36,095 nt of DNA, from positions 41,180,581 to 41,216,675 of the forward strand of contig NC_068987.1 of the NCBI RefSeq assembly GCF_001194135.2, in the 5' to 3' direction. A program made the position numbers and the translations under genes. Below the pieces are notes generated by a model that worked only from the letters and a program-made list of their open reading frames with translations, was not told the origin of the DNA and searched no databases. Shown here in pieces: positions 1 to 10,726 of the stretch. Each line of letters opens with the position of its first letter. Positions within the stretch are counted from its first letter, which is position 1. The stretch comes from Octopus bimaculoides (Eukaryota).

Positions 1-318
1 CCAACCCTCACCTTACTGGCAGCATCTCTGTACATGGCTCGCACAGCTCTCACTAACCATTCTTCTATCCCAAGTTTCCTCATTGACCACCAGATAAGGG
101 ATCGGGGGATCCTGTCAAAGGCTTTCTCCATGTCAACGAAAGCCAGGTACAGAGGTTTATCCTTAGCTAGGTATTTCTCCTGCAACTGTCTCACTAGAAA
201 TAAGGCATCAGTAGTGCTTTTACCTGGCACGAACCCAAACTGCATCTCATCTAAATTGATTCGCTCCCTAATTAGTTGGGCTATGACCCTCTCTGTAACT
301 TTCATAACCTGATCTAAC
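1..318 (-). mobile_element. RTE-clade LINE fragment (RT domain), cut by the window start
   Basis: About 92% identical by eye to 34743-35060; antisense translation gives the FGFVPGKSTTDA...FVDMEKAFD region. Confidence 0.9.
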
Positions 319-343
319 GAATTTACAATATTGAAATAAAATA

Positions 344-847
344 TTAGGTTGTCAAGTAAGTTCCTGTGGAATTTTTAATTTTGTTTTTAAATGATGTATT
401 TTCAAATTAATTTTTGTTAAATTACTTTGACTTTATATATCATCTTAAATCCCGTTTTTCGCTCCATTTAATCATGTTACTCTTTTTCTTTTTGAATAAT
501 TAGGCCATTTATTCCGGAACGTTGAATACAACATGGACAAAAAGCAAATTCGCACAAGTTTCTTATTCCAGTTCAAGCTAGGCCGAAAAGCTGCTGAAGC
601 AGCTTGCGATATCAACAATGCGTTTGGCCCAGGAACCACTAATGAACGTACAGCACAATGGTGGTTCAAGAAATTTTGTAACAGTGACAAGAGTCTTAAA
701 GATGATAAGTGTAGTGGTCGGCCATTGGATGTTGACAACGATCAACTAAGAGCCTTAGTCAAAGTCAATCCATGCACAGCTGTTCTAGAGCTTGCTTCTA
801 AATTAGACGTAACGTATACGACAATTTCCAACCACTTGAAAGAGATT
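344..847 (+). mobile_element. Mariner 5' fragment (Hsmar1/SETMAR-like): left TIR plus DNA-binding domain only
   Basis: TA|TTAGGTTG terminus at 342-351. ORF from 533, MDKKQIRTSFLFQFKLGRKAAEA...NNAFGPGTTNERTAQWWFKKFC...SGRP...HLKEI, matches the Hsmar1 N-terminus; homology stops at about 847. Confidence 0.9.
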
Positions 848-939
848 TATTTAGCTTACATGTTTCAAATAGCACAATGCAATCTTTGCACATTGAAGTA
901 TGCATATTTAATCAATTCTGCATTTGATTGACTAAATTA

Positions 940-1137
940 CAACAGAAATAGAGCATTTAGTTGCTATGCTTTTCTTTTAAAGTGATCAGTTAAATATGCA
1001 AACTACAATGTGCAGCAACTGCATTGTGCAAGCTATTTGAAATGTGTGTAAGATAAATAAACCACTAATAATGCATCTTCATTCTTTATGTTTTTTCTAA
1101 TATACTCTGTAATTAATATACTGAATTTAGCTGGTGT
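940..1137 (+). repeat. 198-bp direct repeat, copy A
   Basis: About 4 mismatches versus 2652-2849. Confidence 0.95.
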
Positions 1138-1519
1138 TCAACTTTGGATTTACAAATTATACCTGTCACAGGAAATGTATAACGATGTATATGGGTTGCT
1201 GTAATAACAAGTGAACAATTTAGTTAGCTAAATTTTAATTCTACAGAGTGTATAAAGAAGTAAACGTCTGGGTTTATTTAATCCCTATTTGCCTTCATAT
1301 ATCGTATAAATATATATGTGTGTGTGTGTGTATATATATAGAAACTACATGATCATCACCACCACATTACAAACTAGGTTGTGTGGGTGAGATAATTTGC
1401 TTAACATGCATAGGCAAAATTGAAGTTAAACAGACAACAAACTCCTAATTTCTATAAATTATTGAAATAAAAACAGAATGTTATTAAATTGTTATACAAT
1501 GCATACTATCCCACAAACA

Positions 1520-1850
1520 AGCAACAGAGATGGACTGCATGCACACACACACACATACGCACATGCACTAACCCCCCACACCCACACACACATGCTCTGA
1601 CACCTACGCACATCATCCAGTCAAAAAGATAGGACCAATTGATAAATGATACAAAGAAATAAACATTTTACCATCAATACCCATGAACATGCAGACACAC
1701 ACACACACATCCTCTCTAATGCATTTACAGAACCAACCATACCACACAAACACACATCCACGCACACACTAGAACACACACCACACACACACATACATAG
1801 CCACATACACTCTCTCTTTCTTTCTTCCTCTCTCTTTCACAAACATTTCC
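1520..1850. repeat. Degenerate (CA)n microsatellite
   Basis: Visible CA/CACA runs; explains the spurious H/T-rich ORFs. Confidence 0.9.
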
Positions 1851-1894
1851 ATTCACATTCATACAACTACATAAATACAGAACCTAAAACTAAC

Positions 1895-2390
1895 AGATAG
1901 ACCTGAAGCTGACCTGGAGTAGAAACTGTCCTTATCTTCATTCATATCTTTAATTGTTTCATCTATTATACAGCTGTCAAATATAATGACTAGTCCCTCA
2001 GTCATGTTCACATAAGGAAGAACGTCCTTCTCCCATTCATTCTTTACATTTAGTAACCTCTTGTAATGGCACTTCCATGCTTTTCTTTTCATAATCACTC
2101 AGTGCAAGTGTACTGTCATCCATCCATACACACTTCTCTTCTACTATTCTCATTCTTCCTACCCTGTCTCTTCACTTTCTGTGTACTTCACCTTTGGTCT
2201 AGTTGGAAAATAGTACCAGCTAAAGATTTGTACTGTCACCCTCAGTAGGTTGTCTCCTAAGAACTTCCAGTTACCTTTACTGTTATACATCTCTATACCC
2301 TCCTTTGAGGGTACTGTCCAACATGTTCTTTGAAGTCACCAGCCACAATAATAAGGTCATTGTCATTTGTCATCAAAGTCATTGTCATTA
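1895..2390 (-). mobile_element. Degraded RTE LINE fragments (endonuclease and linker pieces)
   Basis: Antisense peptides NDNDLIIVAGDFKEHVGQ (APE motif) and WKCHYKRLLNVKNEWEKD match the other RTE copies. Confidence 0.8.
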
Positions 2391-2463
2391 ACCCTTTTAG
2401 AAGAAATATGGTTTGATGACAAAGTAATTTAACAGACAAAAACCAAATGTTTATATAACTTAC

Positions 2464-2539
2464 ATGTCCACACAACACTTAGATTTTACAGTGCCTTCTG
2501 TATGATCCACAGAATACTTTTGAGGTGAGGTGCCAAGAA
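2464..2539 (-). CDS. MOSPD1: MOSPD1-like, next coding exon (76 bp)
   Basis: Acceptor tttctctttgttttcaaattttag| and donor AT|GTAAGT. The phase joins the previous exon (G|TT) to give VLGTSPQKYSVDHTEGTVKSKCCVDI, matching human [26 protein letters not shown]. The next exon (VIRH...) was not found in the window. Confidence 0.92.
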
Positions 2540-2651
2540 CTAAAATTTGAAAACAAAGAGAAATTTGAAACATGAAACCAAACCATTTAATTATCATAGT
2601 AGATCAAAATATGATATGCAAAGAAGAAAAAAAAATCAGCAGTGAAAACTG

Positions 2652-2849
2652 CAACAGAAATAGAGCATTTAGTTGCTATGCTTTTCTTTTAAAGTGATCA
2701 GTTAAATATGCAAATTGCAATGTGCAGCAACTGCATTGTGAAAGCTATTTGAAATGTGTGTAAGATAAATAAACCACTAATAATGCATCTTCATTCTTTA
2801 TGTTTTTTCTAATATACTTTGTAATTAATATACTGAATTTAGCTGGTGT
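2652..2849 (+). repeat. 198-bp direct repeat, copy B
   Basis: About 4 mismatches versus 940-1137. Confidence 0.95.
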
Positions 2850-2954
2850 AAACAAACTAAACTTTTAAAATCTAACTTTGTTAATTATTTTCTGAACATG
2901 TTTACATACTGGATCTAATGTGTCATAGGACTGTTGCTCCTATTACACATTAGG

Positions 2955-3270
2955 TACAGACATGGCAATGTGGTTAAGAAGCTAGCTTCCTAAGCATGTG
3001 ATCATGGGTTCAATCCCTTTGTGTGGCACCTTGTGTACCTATAGCCCTAAGTTCAACAATGCCATGTACATGGATTTGGTAGACAGAAACTGAATGAAAC
3101 TCATTGTACACATATATGTGTGGATTTTGTATACCTTTGTGATGGTTGCAAACAAGTAACAACGTTATACAAGCAATAATCATTTATAATCTTCCATGAA
3201 AAAATTTGCTTCAACAAATTCTGCCTGACTCATGCAAACACAGGAAAATAGACATTAAATAATCATCATC
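2955..3270 (+). mobile_element. tRNA-derived SINE ending in an RTE-type tail
   Basis: A-box-like GCAATGTGGTTAAG, B-box-like GGTTCAATCCC, core GGATTTGGTAGACAGAAACTGAA shared with 33290-33635, and tail GACATTAAATAATCATCATC. Confidence 0.75.
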
Positions 3271-5538
3271 ATTTAACATGTTTTCATTGGAGAGAGAGAA
3301 AGAAAAAGAAAGAGAGAGAGAGTGTGTGTGTGTGTGTGTGTTCGTTCTCTTCCTATTTTAAATTTAGAGTAAATTTTGACTGGCCACCAGCTTAGTAGCA
3401 AAGTTGTGAGGGGAAGTATCATGATTTAACCATCATCCTTAAAATATTAAGAAGGTATTACAGATTTTATAGTCCCAGATATCATGATCATTTGTAGCTT
3501 ATGAATTAAGGGTTTGCATTGTCTCCCCAAAATTCCAAGTTCAGCCATACTTTGCTCCAGATAGGTTGGTATGTATGCTGTTGCTCCAATAATGAATATG
3601 AAGCTGAAAGTATATCATGGGTACTGGATTGGCAAACTCCTTATCAATGATCTATAGATGTCCGCTTCCTCTTGTATTTTTCTAACCACATTTGTGTCCA
3701 GGGGGAAGCTGATTTCCAAAACTGAGCATATCGTTTCTTTGTGGTCCTGCACAACAATATCTGGCCAGTTGTGCTTTAATTTGGTAGCTGTTTTAATTTT
3801 CAAGTCCCACCAGTATTCTTTTGACCCATCGGTTTCAATATGGGGGTCAACTTCATTTGTAGGTATTCTCTTTTTTTTGTTATCCTGTTCCAAGACTGTT
3901 CTGACCACTGTACCATGCCTCATAGGAAGACATTCTCTCACAGTTGGCAATAATGTGATTTGATGTCATTAGTCTTGGTCTTGCACCGCCTATATTTGTT
4001 GCTTGTCAACATTTTCTGCCTTTTATAGGTACTCGGTGGAGATCTCTTGTTCTTGGATTGCATGGATGTAACCTTCAAAGTGGGATGTCATAAACTTGGT
4101 ACTCCATACCAAGCTGTTGACACGATCAAACCCCTTCTATGGTTTTTGCTTTACTTGCCAAGTACCCATCTTCATTTTTTTTCTTCTGCTGTTCTGATAA
4201 GTAGATTTTAGCAGTGCTCCTTGGGAAGAGATCTGTATCAATTCTTATTTCATACCTCTCCTCAAGATCATTAGCTATCCTAATTACATTGTTGGGTCGA
4301 TATCAGCTTTTGAGTGGAGCGAATACCAGGATGTGACAGAGAATGCAGAGCAGAGAAAACTTCACGACGATATTTTTGAGGTACATAAGGGCGTTGGTGA
4401 CCTTGCTATCTCAGCAAGGTGAGGTAAAAATCTCCAATAAAAATTTACGAGACCGAGGAACTCCCTTAATTTGCAGAGAGATGTGGGTGGCGAAAATTCC
4501 ACGATGGCCTGTACTTTCTCAGGAAGGGGACGAATACCATCCTTATCGATGATGTGCCTGAGAAAATGAAGGGAAGCAACTCCGAAAGCACATTTGCTGG
4601 GATTAATGACGACTCCGAATTTTTGCAGGCGTTCGAATAGCAGGTGCAGGTGTTGGTCATGCTCTTCTTCCGAGTTACTGGCCACCAGTATGTCGTCTAT
4701 GTAGGCATAGATGAAACGCAAACCTCTGGTGACCATGTCGATGAACCATTGTTATGTCTGTGCTGCATTACGTAAACTGAAAGGCATACGCAGGAATTCA
4801 AACATTCCGAAAGGTGTCGTGACTGCTGTTTTTGGGATGTCCGCAGGTTCTACTGGTATTTGGTTGTACGCTCGCACAAGGTCGATTTTGGAAAAAATGC
4901 AAGCGCCATGCAGCGAGCTAGAAAAATCCTGCAGATAAGGGACTGGATAAGCATCACTGACCGTACTTTTGTTTAGCAACCGATAATCACCGCAAACCCG
5001 CCAATTGGTCGATGATTTTTTGGGGATGCAGTGTATCAGCGAGGACCAGTTGCTGCTGGACGGGCGGATGATTCCAAGGTCAAGCATGTGTTGGAATTCC
5101 CGTTTGACGGCTTTGAAGCGATCAGGTGGTAACCTTCTGGGTCATGCAGCAACAGGTGGACTGCTGGTCTTGATGTGGTGGGTGATGTCGNNNNNNNNNN
5201 NNNNNNNNNNNNNNNNNNNNNNNNNNNNNNNNNNNNNNNNNNNNNNNNNNNNNNNNNNNNNNNNNNNNNNNNNNNNNNNNNNNNNNNNNNNNNNNNNNNN
5301 NNNNNNNNNNNNNNNNNNNNNNNNNNNNNNNNNNNNNNNNNNNNNNNNNNNNNNNNNNNNNNNNNNNNNNNNNNNNNNNNNNNNNNNNNNNNNNNNNNNN
5401 NNNNNNNNNNNNNNNNNNNNNNNNNNNNNNNNNNNNNNNNNNNNNNNNNNNNNNNNNNNNNNNNNNNNNNNNNNNNNNNNNNNNNNNNNNCCTGTTACAA
5501 GATCGCAAACGAAAAACAGGCGACTTTGTGGGTGCGAA

Positions 5539-5582
5539 CCAGGAACGTCCGTCGCATTCAGTTCCTGGCTGTACCGTTTCCC
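5539..5582 (-). promoter_or_regulatory. -1 ribosomal frameshift signal at the gag-pol junction
   Basis: Heptamer G GGA AAC in the gag frame (5576-5582), 7-nt spacer, stem CCAGGAAC/GTTCCTGG with 14-nt loop. The -1 frame continues GKRYSQELNATDVPGSHPQSRLFFVCD (pol). Confidence 0.75.
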
Positions 5583-6470
5583 AAACTGGGTGATGCGAAT
5601 GAGCATGGGGTGGTGCATTTCCACGCCTGTGTTCCGAACTTTCGGTGGTACCAGCACGTGTCGTTTGAGTTGCGACTAGCACTGGAACTGCGGGATTGTC
5701 TACCATATCGATGCGATCGGCTGCTGCTTCGGCGCTGGTTACCAAGCGATAGGGCCTGTATTTGGGTGGTGAGGGTCTGTATTTGTGCAGCTTGCTGCGT
5801 CATTAATGAATGCAAGTCTGCAATTTCAGAAGAACTGGTCGGCGAAAGGAAAGGATTGGTAGTGGGAGTGGCTGGTGTCACCGTCGACACTGTGGAAAAC
5901 CTATGTGGTACCTCGGCTATTTTGTCCGCTAGCTCTGCCAGTTCCTCAATGGATGTGGATTCTTGTGTGGAAGCGAGAACCACCTGTGTGTTGGAGGGTA
6001 GACGCTGGAGAAAAAGCTGCTTGAAAACTTTGTCGGGGAGGTTCTCATCTCCAAGAAGCTGCTTCATTCTTCGTAGAAACTGGGAAGGCGTTCTATCGCC
6101 CAATTCTTCGGATGTCAGAAGTTGGTGAAGTCGCTTTCGTTGGGACTCGGAAGTTCTGTTAATCAGTGTCTCTGGTGATAGAGAACCGATTACATGCGAC
6201 AGTCGAGACGCATCGCTCAGTACTCGGTGAGAAGAAAACTGGGCTTCTATGAGGTGAAACCATAATGCAGGGTCGTGCGTCCAGAAGGGGGGAATTCTCC
6301 ACGTAATCACCGCTTGAAATGTCATGTCGGTAGGTGATGTATTGGCTGCTGGATTCAGATCTGGGAGAGCCATTGTGTTCGCAGGAATTCTCAGTTGTTT
6401 TGTTGACGGATGATGTGCAGGCTGTTATTCTTCGGTTGAAGCTGGTTCCATGGAAGGCGGGAATTCTTTG

Positions 6471-6482
6471 ACGGGGTCACCA
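6471..6482 (-). promoter_or_regulatory. Primer binding site TGGTGACCCCGT (tRNA-Trp-like)
   Basis: The first 11 nt match the known tRNA-Trp PBS TGGTGACCCCGACG; directly follows the LTR end. Confidence 0.8.
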
Positions 6483-6485
6483 AAA

Positions 6486-6631
6486 TGTAGTGGAGTCACC
6501 AAATTGTGGTATGTTCTTGTTTAGTGTCGGTGCGATAGGCATGTGTTGCCTGTGAAATGACAAAGCGATAACTGGTTTAACTATAACATTTTTTTATTTG
6601 CTGGTGTTAATAAATAATATTTGCCACTACA
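6486..6631 (-). repeat. 146-bp 5' LTR of the Gypsy element
   Basis: 8-bp terminal inverted repeat TGTAGTGG...CCACTACA, internal AATAAA, and 3 nt from the PBS. Confidence 0.85.
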
Positions 6632-9600
6632 TTCAATTTTGACAACTTGCTTCGAGTTGCTAGAAAAATGATGGAACCAGGATACATCTGGAGTTGATGT
6701 ACCCTAAGACTAGATATGTTCATGTGTGTGTGTGTGTGTTCGGTCTTTCATCTTGCTTGGCCGGCAAAAAATTTCTTTCTCATAGTAGCAGAGTACTGAT
6801 TTCAGTCAGCGCGCATCACAGTCTCCCTGTCTGTCTGTGTCCTTGTGTCTTGTTGACCACTCTATCTATAAGAATCGTGGCAGCTAGAAAGACAGACATA
6901 CTGCAGCAGGCTTAGTACCTAAGTAAGCCAGTTGCTGTCCAGTTGAACTTCACCTGACATCTATATGGTCGAAGGTCAAAGGGAGATTATCAATCACTTT
7001 TTGACAGGACAAAGAAAACCTGCTTTTCGCGCCTGTTGATTGTGGTGTTTGGCCGACCGAGAATTCTTAGATTCGGTTTCGAATCTAGGCTTGGAGAAGG
7101 AAGTGTAAATTTTTACATATTCACAAATTTGGGCAAGATAGTTATTGATTTCTTTCCTCTGCTGCAGATGTTGTTTCAGTGTCACAATCTATGCTTCATA
7201 TGTCATCAGTACAGATTTAAGACAACAGCCACCTTGTTTGCGCGGGAAGTTTAGCCTGTCTATATCTTCACTGATGTTGAAGTTTCCTGTAATACTGAGC
7301 AGTTTGCAAGTTCAAACATCTATCTCATTCAGTTTTTGTAGGACAGGCACTGCAAAGGTGTTGTGGCCAATATGTTTGTTGTAAACTGAGATTCATAATG
7401 ACCATATTCTCTTTACTCTACTGACTGTAGAGGTTGTATTGTGAAGCCATTCATTTTTAGGCTTTCAGAGGAGGGCACAACTTTTCCATGTTTTACTGTC
7501 AAAAAAAGAAACACATGTCTGTAGAAAATTGGGTTATAAGGTCCAATTGTTTTTTTTATGTGGTTGATATTTAGCTGATACAGTTTCAGGTCATTGACAA
7601 AGAAAAGATGAGAGATATTTTTTTATCCATTTCTCTAGTCACTATGTCTTGTAAGCAGGTATGATAGTGGATTTAGTGAGAGGACAAAGAGTAACACCAA
7701 CAGGCTATCACCCTCAAAGATGCCTTTCTGGTAGTGAATGATATCCAACTCAATTTGCTCCTTTTCACTCCCAAGGAGCAAAGTGGTGTACCGAGTTTTG
7801 GTCAGGCATTCAATAGCACTCATTAGTGATTGTGGAACTTTGGCTAACTCTAAAACCTTGATAATCCACTTATTTGGTATACAATCAAAAGCCTTCTGGT
7901 AGTCCAGCCACACTACAGTTAAATTCCTGTAATTTTTTCTTGGATCATATTGTTAATTTGTAGCTGCTGTATACAGCCCCACACCACCGTCTTACCTCCA
8001 ACTTGCTCAAGTGTTATAATGTTGTTGGTAGCAATATGCTCCTGCAAGAACTGATTGAGGTACCCAGTGTATAATTTGTACATGACATTCTGGCAGGCTA
8101 CTGGGCAGTAATTTTTAGCAAGGGTGGTTTGACTATTTTGGAGGATGAAGAGAGCAGTTGCAGTTGATAACCATTTGGGTAGTTCATGTGTTCCCTTGAT
8201 ACTTTCTCCATACAACTGTATGAAATCTTGCCAATAAAAGGTGAAATTCTTCAGCCAATAGCCTGTTATGAGATCTGGGCTGGGGATTTCCTGTTTGACA
8301 TTTTCTGTAGTACAGTTTCCAGTATTTCACCATCTATTTCATATTGCTTTTACTGGACATGCCTGCAGTAGTCATGCTCCAGTTCTTTTAACCATGGAAC
8401 TTGTTTGTTGAATTTATTGATCCATTGTTTCCCATTCAGATCTCCAATATCCCTCAACCTATTCTTTTGTTGGGGTCTTTTACTGAGATTGAACCTTTTG
8501 CATTGAAGTTGCAGTAGACTGACTTGAGATCTCTGGAAAATAATGTATCGATCATTTGCTGTTTATATGTTGTAGATTTATATCTTAGATTTTCAGCTGT
8601 AGCTGTGAGTTATTGTTTCAGCTGGTTCAGATTTTTGAATCCTGTATCATCAAATTGCTTCTCCAGTTTTTCTCTGAGGTCTTCTTGATGTTATCTGAAG
8701 TTGTTCACTCTTACATTTCATAACTACATCAATCTGTGCGATACCTCTTTACAGAAATATAATTTTATTTTTCAAATTACATGCCCATGTTGGTTCAGGC
8801 TTTCTGCTTGAATCTCGACTGCATGGCTTTAGCTCTTTGCAATATACCAGTAATGTAATAGCTGACACACATACCAAGAGGCCGATGATTTTGCAGATTG
8901 TTTTCATACCTCTGGACTGTGTGGTTTTCAAATATTTGTTAGCGATTTCATTTACTGCTAATTTACTAGGTTCCTTACTTAAACTGGTGTTGTATGGCCT
9001 GTCATTCAGATTTAAGGTTGTGGGCCTGTTGAAACATATCATCCCAAGTCACTTGTAATGAGTGTTCTTCTGTTTGTATAGTATCAGTGTGTTTTTCAGC
9101 TAAATACTGCTAGATTCATCTGAATGTTTTGTCTGTCCATCAGCGGAGAGGGGATGAACTTCAGCCATATTGTTGGTGTGATTACTATTAAATTCAGCTA
9201 ACTGCTCTGTCTGTCCATTGGTGGAAGTGAGGTGACTATCTTCAATGGCTAGCTACTTTCAATTAGATATGTCTGTTAGAGGTATCAATTTATATCAAAT
9301 GATATATCTTGTTTGTTCATTTAAATGTTTTGGGGAAAATCTAATTCTGAGTGTTTACAAGTTCCACAAATTTTTTAGCCTATGCATAAAACCACACTTC
9401 TGAGGGTCAGATTATATATATGTTTCATATAAATCTTTAATTTCATAGGTCCATTTTATACAATGATTGCAGTCATGACTTGGTCAAAAGAGACTTATAC
9501 ATTTAGCCATAATTGTGTCTATTCACTAATATTTGCATTTGCTTTTCAAAATAGACAATGATCTTCTTTAAAAGTTTCAACAGTTTTGTCAGAACAAAAT

Positions 9601-9866
9601 TTGAAGTTAATCACAGCTTGGGTAATCTTTTCTTTCAGATTTTTTCAAATCCTACTAGTAGTAGGATTTAAACGTACATATTGAGTGATGTTTATCTTTT
9701 TCGTAAACTGTTTTGAAACGACTTATTTCTTTATGTGTGTAATGCTACAGTGCTGTATTTACATAAATGTGTTAAGATGCATGGATTGTTTATATAGACA
9801 TACAGGAAGGAAGGCAGGCAGGTATGCATACGTGTGTGTGTATACATGTATGTATATGTGTACATA

Positions 9867-9900
<34 letters not shown>

Positions 9901-9954
9901 CAAGCATGCATGTACACATGCATGCATGCATACATACGAAATATGACCCATTGA

Positions 9955-10607
9955 GGATCTATTTTAAAACGGGGGCGCCAGTTTTCATTTATGTTTTATG
10001 TAGTGTTTTTGGTACGGAAACACTTTCAAACTTCGTATACTTATCTATTTTGTGTTATAGAACAGAAAAATATTTTTGTATTCGAATTTATTTCATGTAA
10101 AAAATTGTCTTATTTCGATAATTTCTACTAATCACTGACGTCTATTCAGTTGAAAACAGTTAGTGCTGTAACGGTGTATATCGTATTAATCCCCTAACTC
10201 TAACCCTAACCCTAACCCTAACTAGACTGTTAACCGTAACCGTAACCGTAACCGTAACCCTAAAACTAACCCTAACTCTAGAATCCGAACTCTAAAATTG
10301 TTACACACATAGATACGCACAGCGTAATNNNNNNNNNNNNNNNNNNNNNNNNNNNNNNNNNNNNNNNNNNNNNNNNNNNNNNNNNNNNNNNNNNNNNNNN
10401 NNNNNNNNNNNNNNNNNNNNNNNNNNNNNNNNNNNNNNNNNNNNNNNNNNNNNNNNNNNNNNNNNNNNNNNNNNNNNNNNNNNNNNNNNNNNNNNNNNNN
10501 AGTAAAAGATGTTTTATATGACACATTCTACCAGTGTCCTAAGTTTCAAAGTGTTTCGTTAGTGTTTTGTTAAGAAAATACTGGCGCCCCCGTTTTAAAA
10601 TAGATCT
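9955..10607. mobile_element. MITE family A (Merlin-like by inference) with internal telomere-like hexamers
   Basis: 27-bp perfect TIR GATCTATTTTAAAACGGGGGCGCCAGT (9956-9982 / 10580-10606), perfect 8-bp TSD CCCATTGA (9947-9954 / 10608-10615), internal (TAACCC)n(TAACCG)n at about 10190-10280; partly in an N gap. Confidence 0.88.
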
Positions 10608-10639
10608 CCCATTGATTGAAATATTTCAATATATATGGT

Positions 10640-10693
10640 GAAATTTATGTTTATAAATGTATATATGTATGTGTGTATATATGTGTGTGTGTG

Positions 10694-10726
<33 letters not shown>

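Larger units (their letters stand above)
4294..6631 (-). mobile_element. Ty3/Gypsy LTR retrotransposon, 3'-truncated and internally deleted
   Basis: 5' LTR, PBS, gag 5558-6373 (IPPFWTHDPALWF...CWYHRKFG), RT ([34 protein letters not shown]) with one in-frame stop, then integrase N-terminus PYVPQKYRREVFSALHSLSHPGIRSTQKLIS. Protease lies in the N gap. Confidence 0.93.
3400..9250 (-). mobile_element. Decayed REL-endonuclease non-LTR retrotransposon (R4/Dong-like), interrupted at 4294-7117
   Basis: RT motifs KNYCPVACQNVMYKLYT, WLDYQKAFD and GIFEGDSL; post-RT LPRKQGG and AIQEQEI; REL nuclease PDIVVQD...LEISFP followed by IIGATA. Many stops and frameshifts. Ends approximate. Confidence 0.85.

Noticed and set aside
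480-535. Acceptor-like ttag| in frame with the mariner ORF, suggesting a SETMAR-style fusion
   Set aside because: The mariner is antisense to the only supported host gene, and there is no plus-strand upstream exon evidence.
10190-10280. Interpretation as a true telomere or chromosome-fusion site
   Set aside because: The array is short, degenerate and enclosed by TIRs and a TSD.
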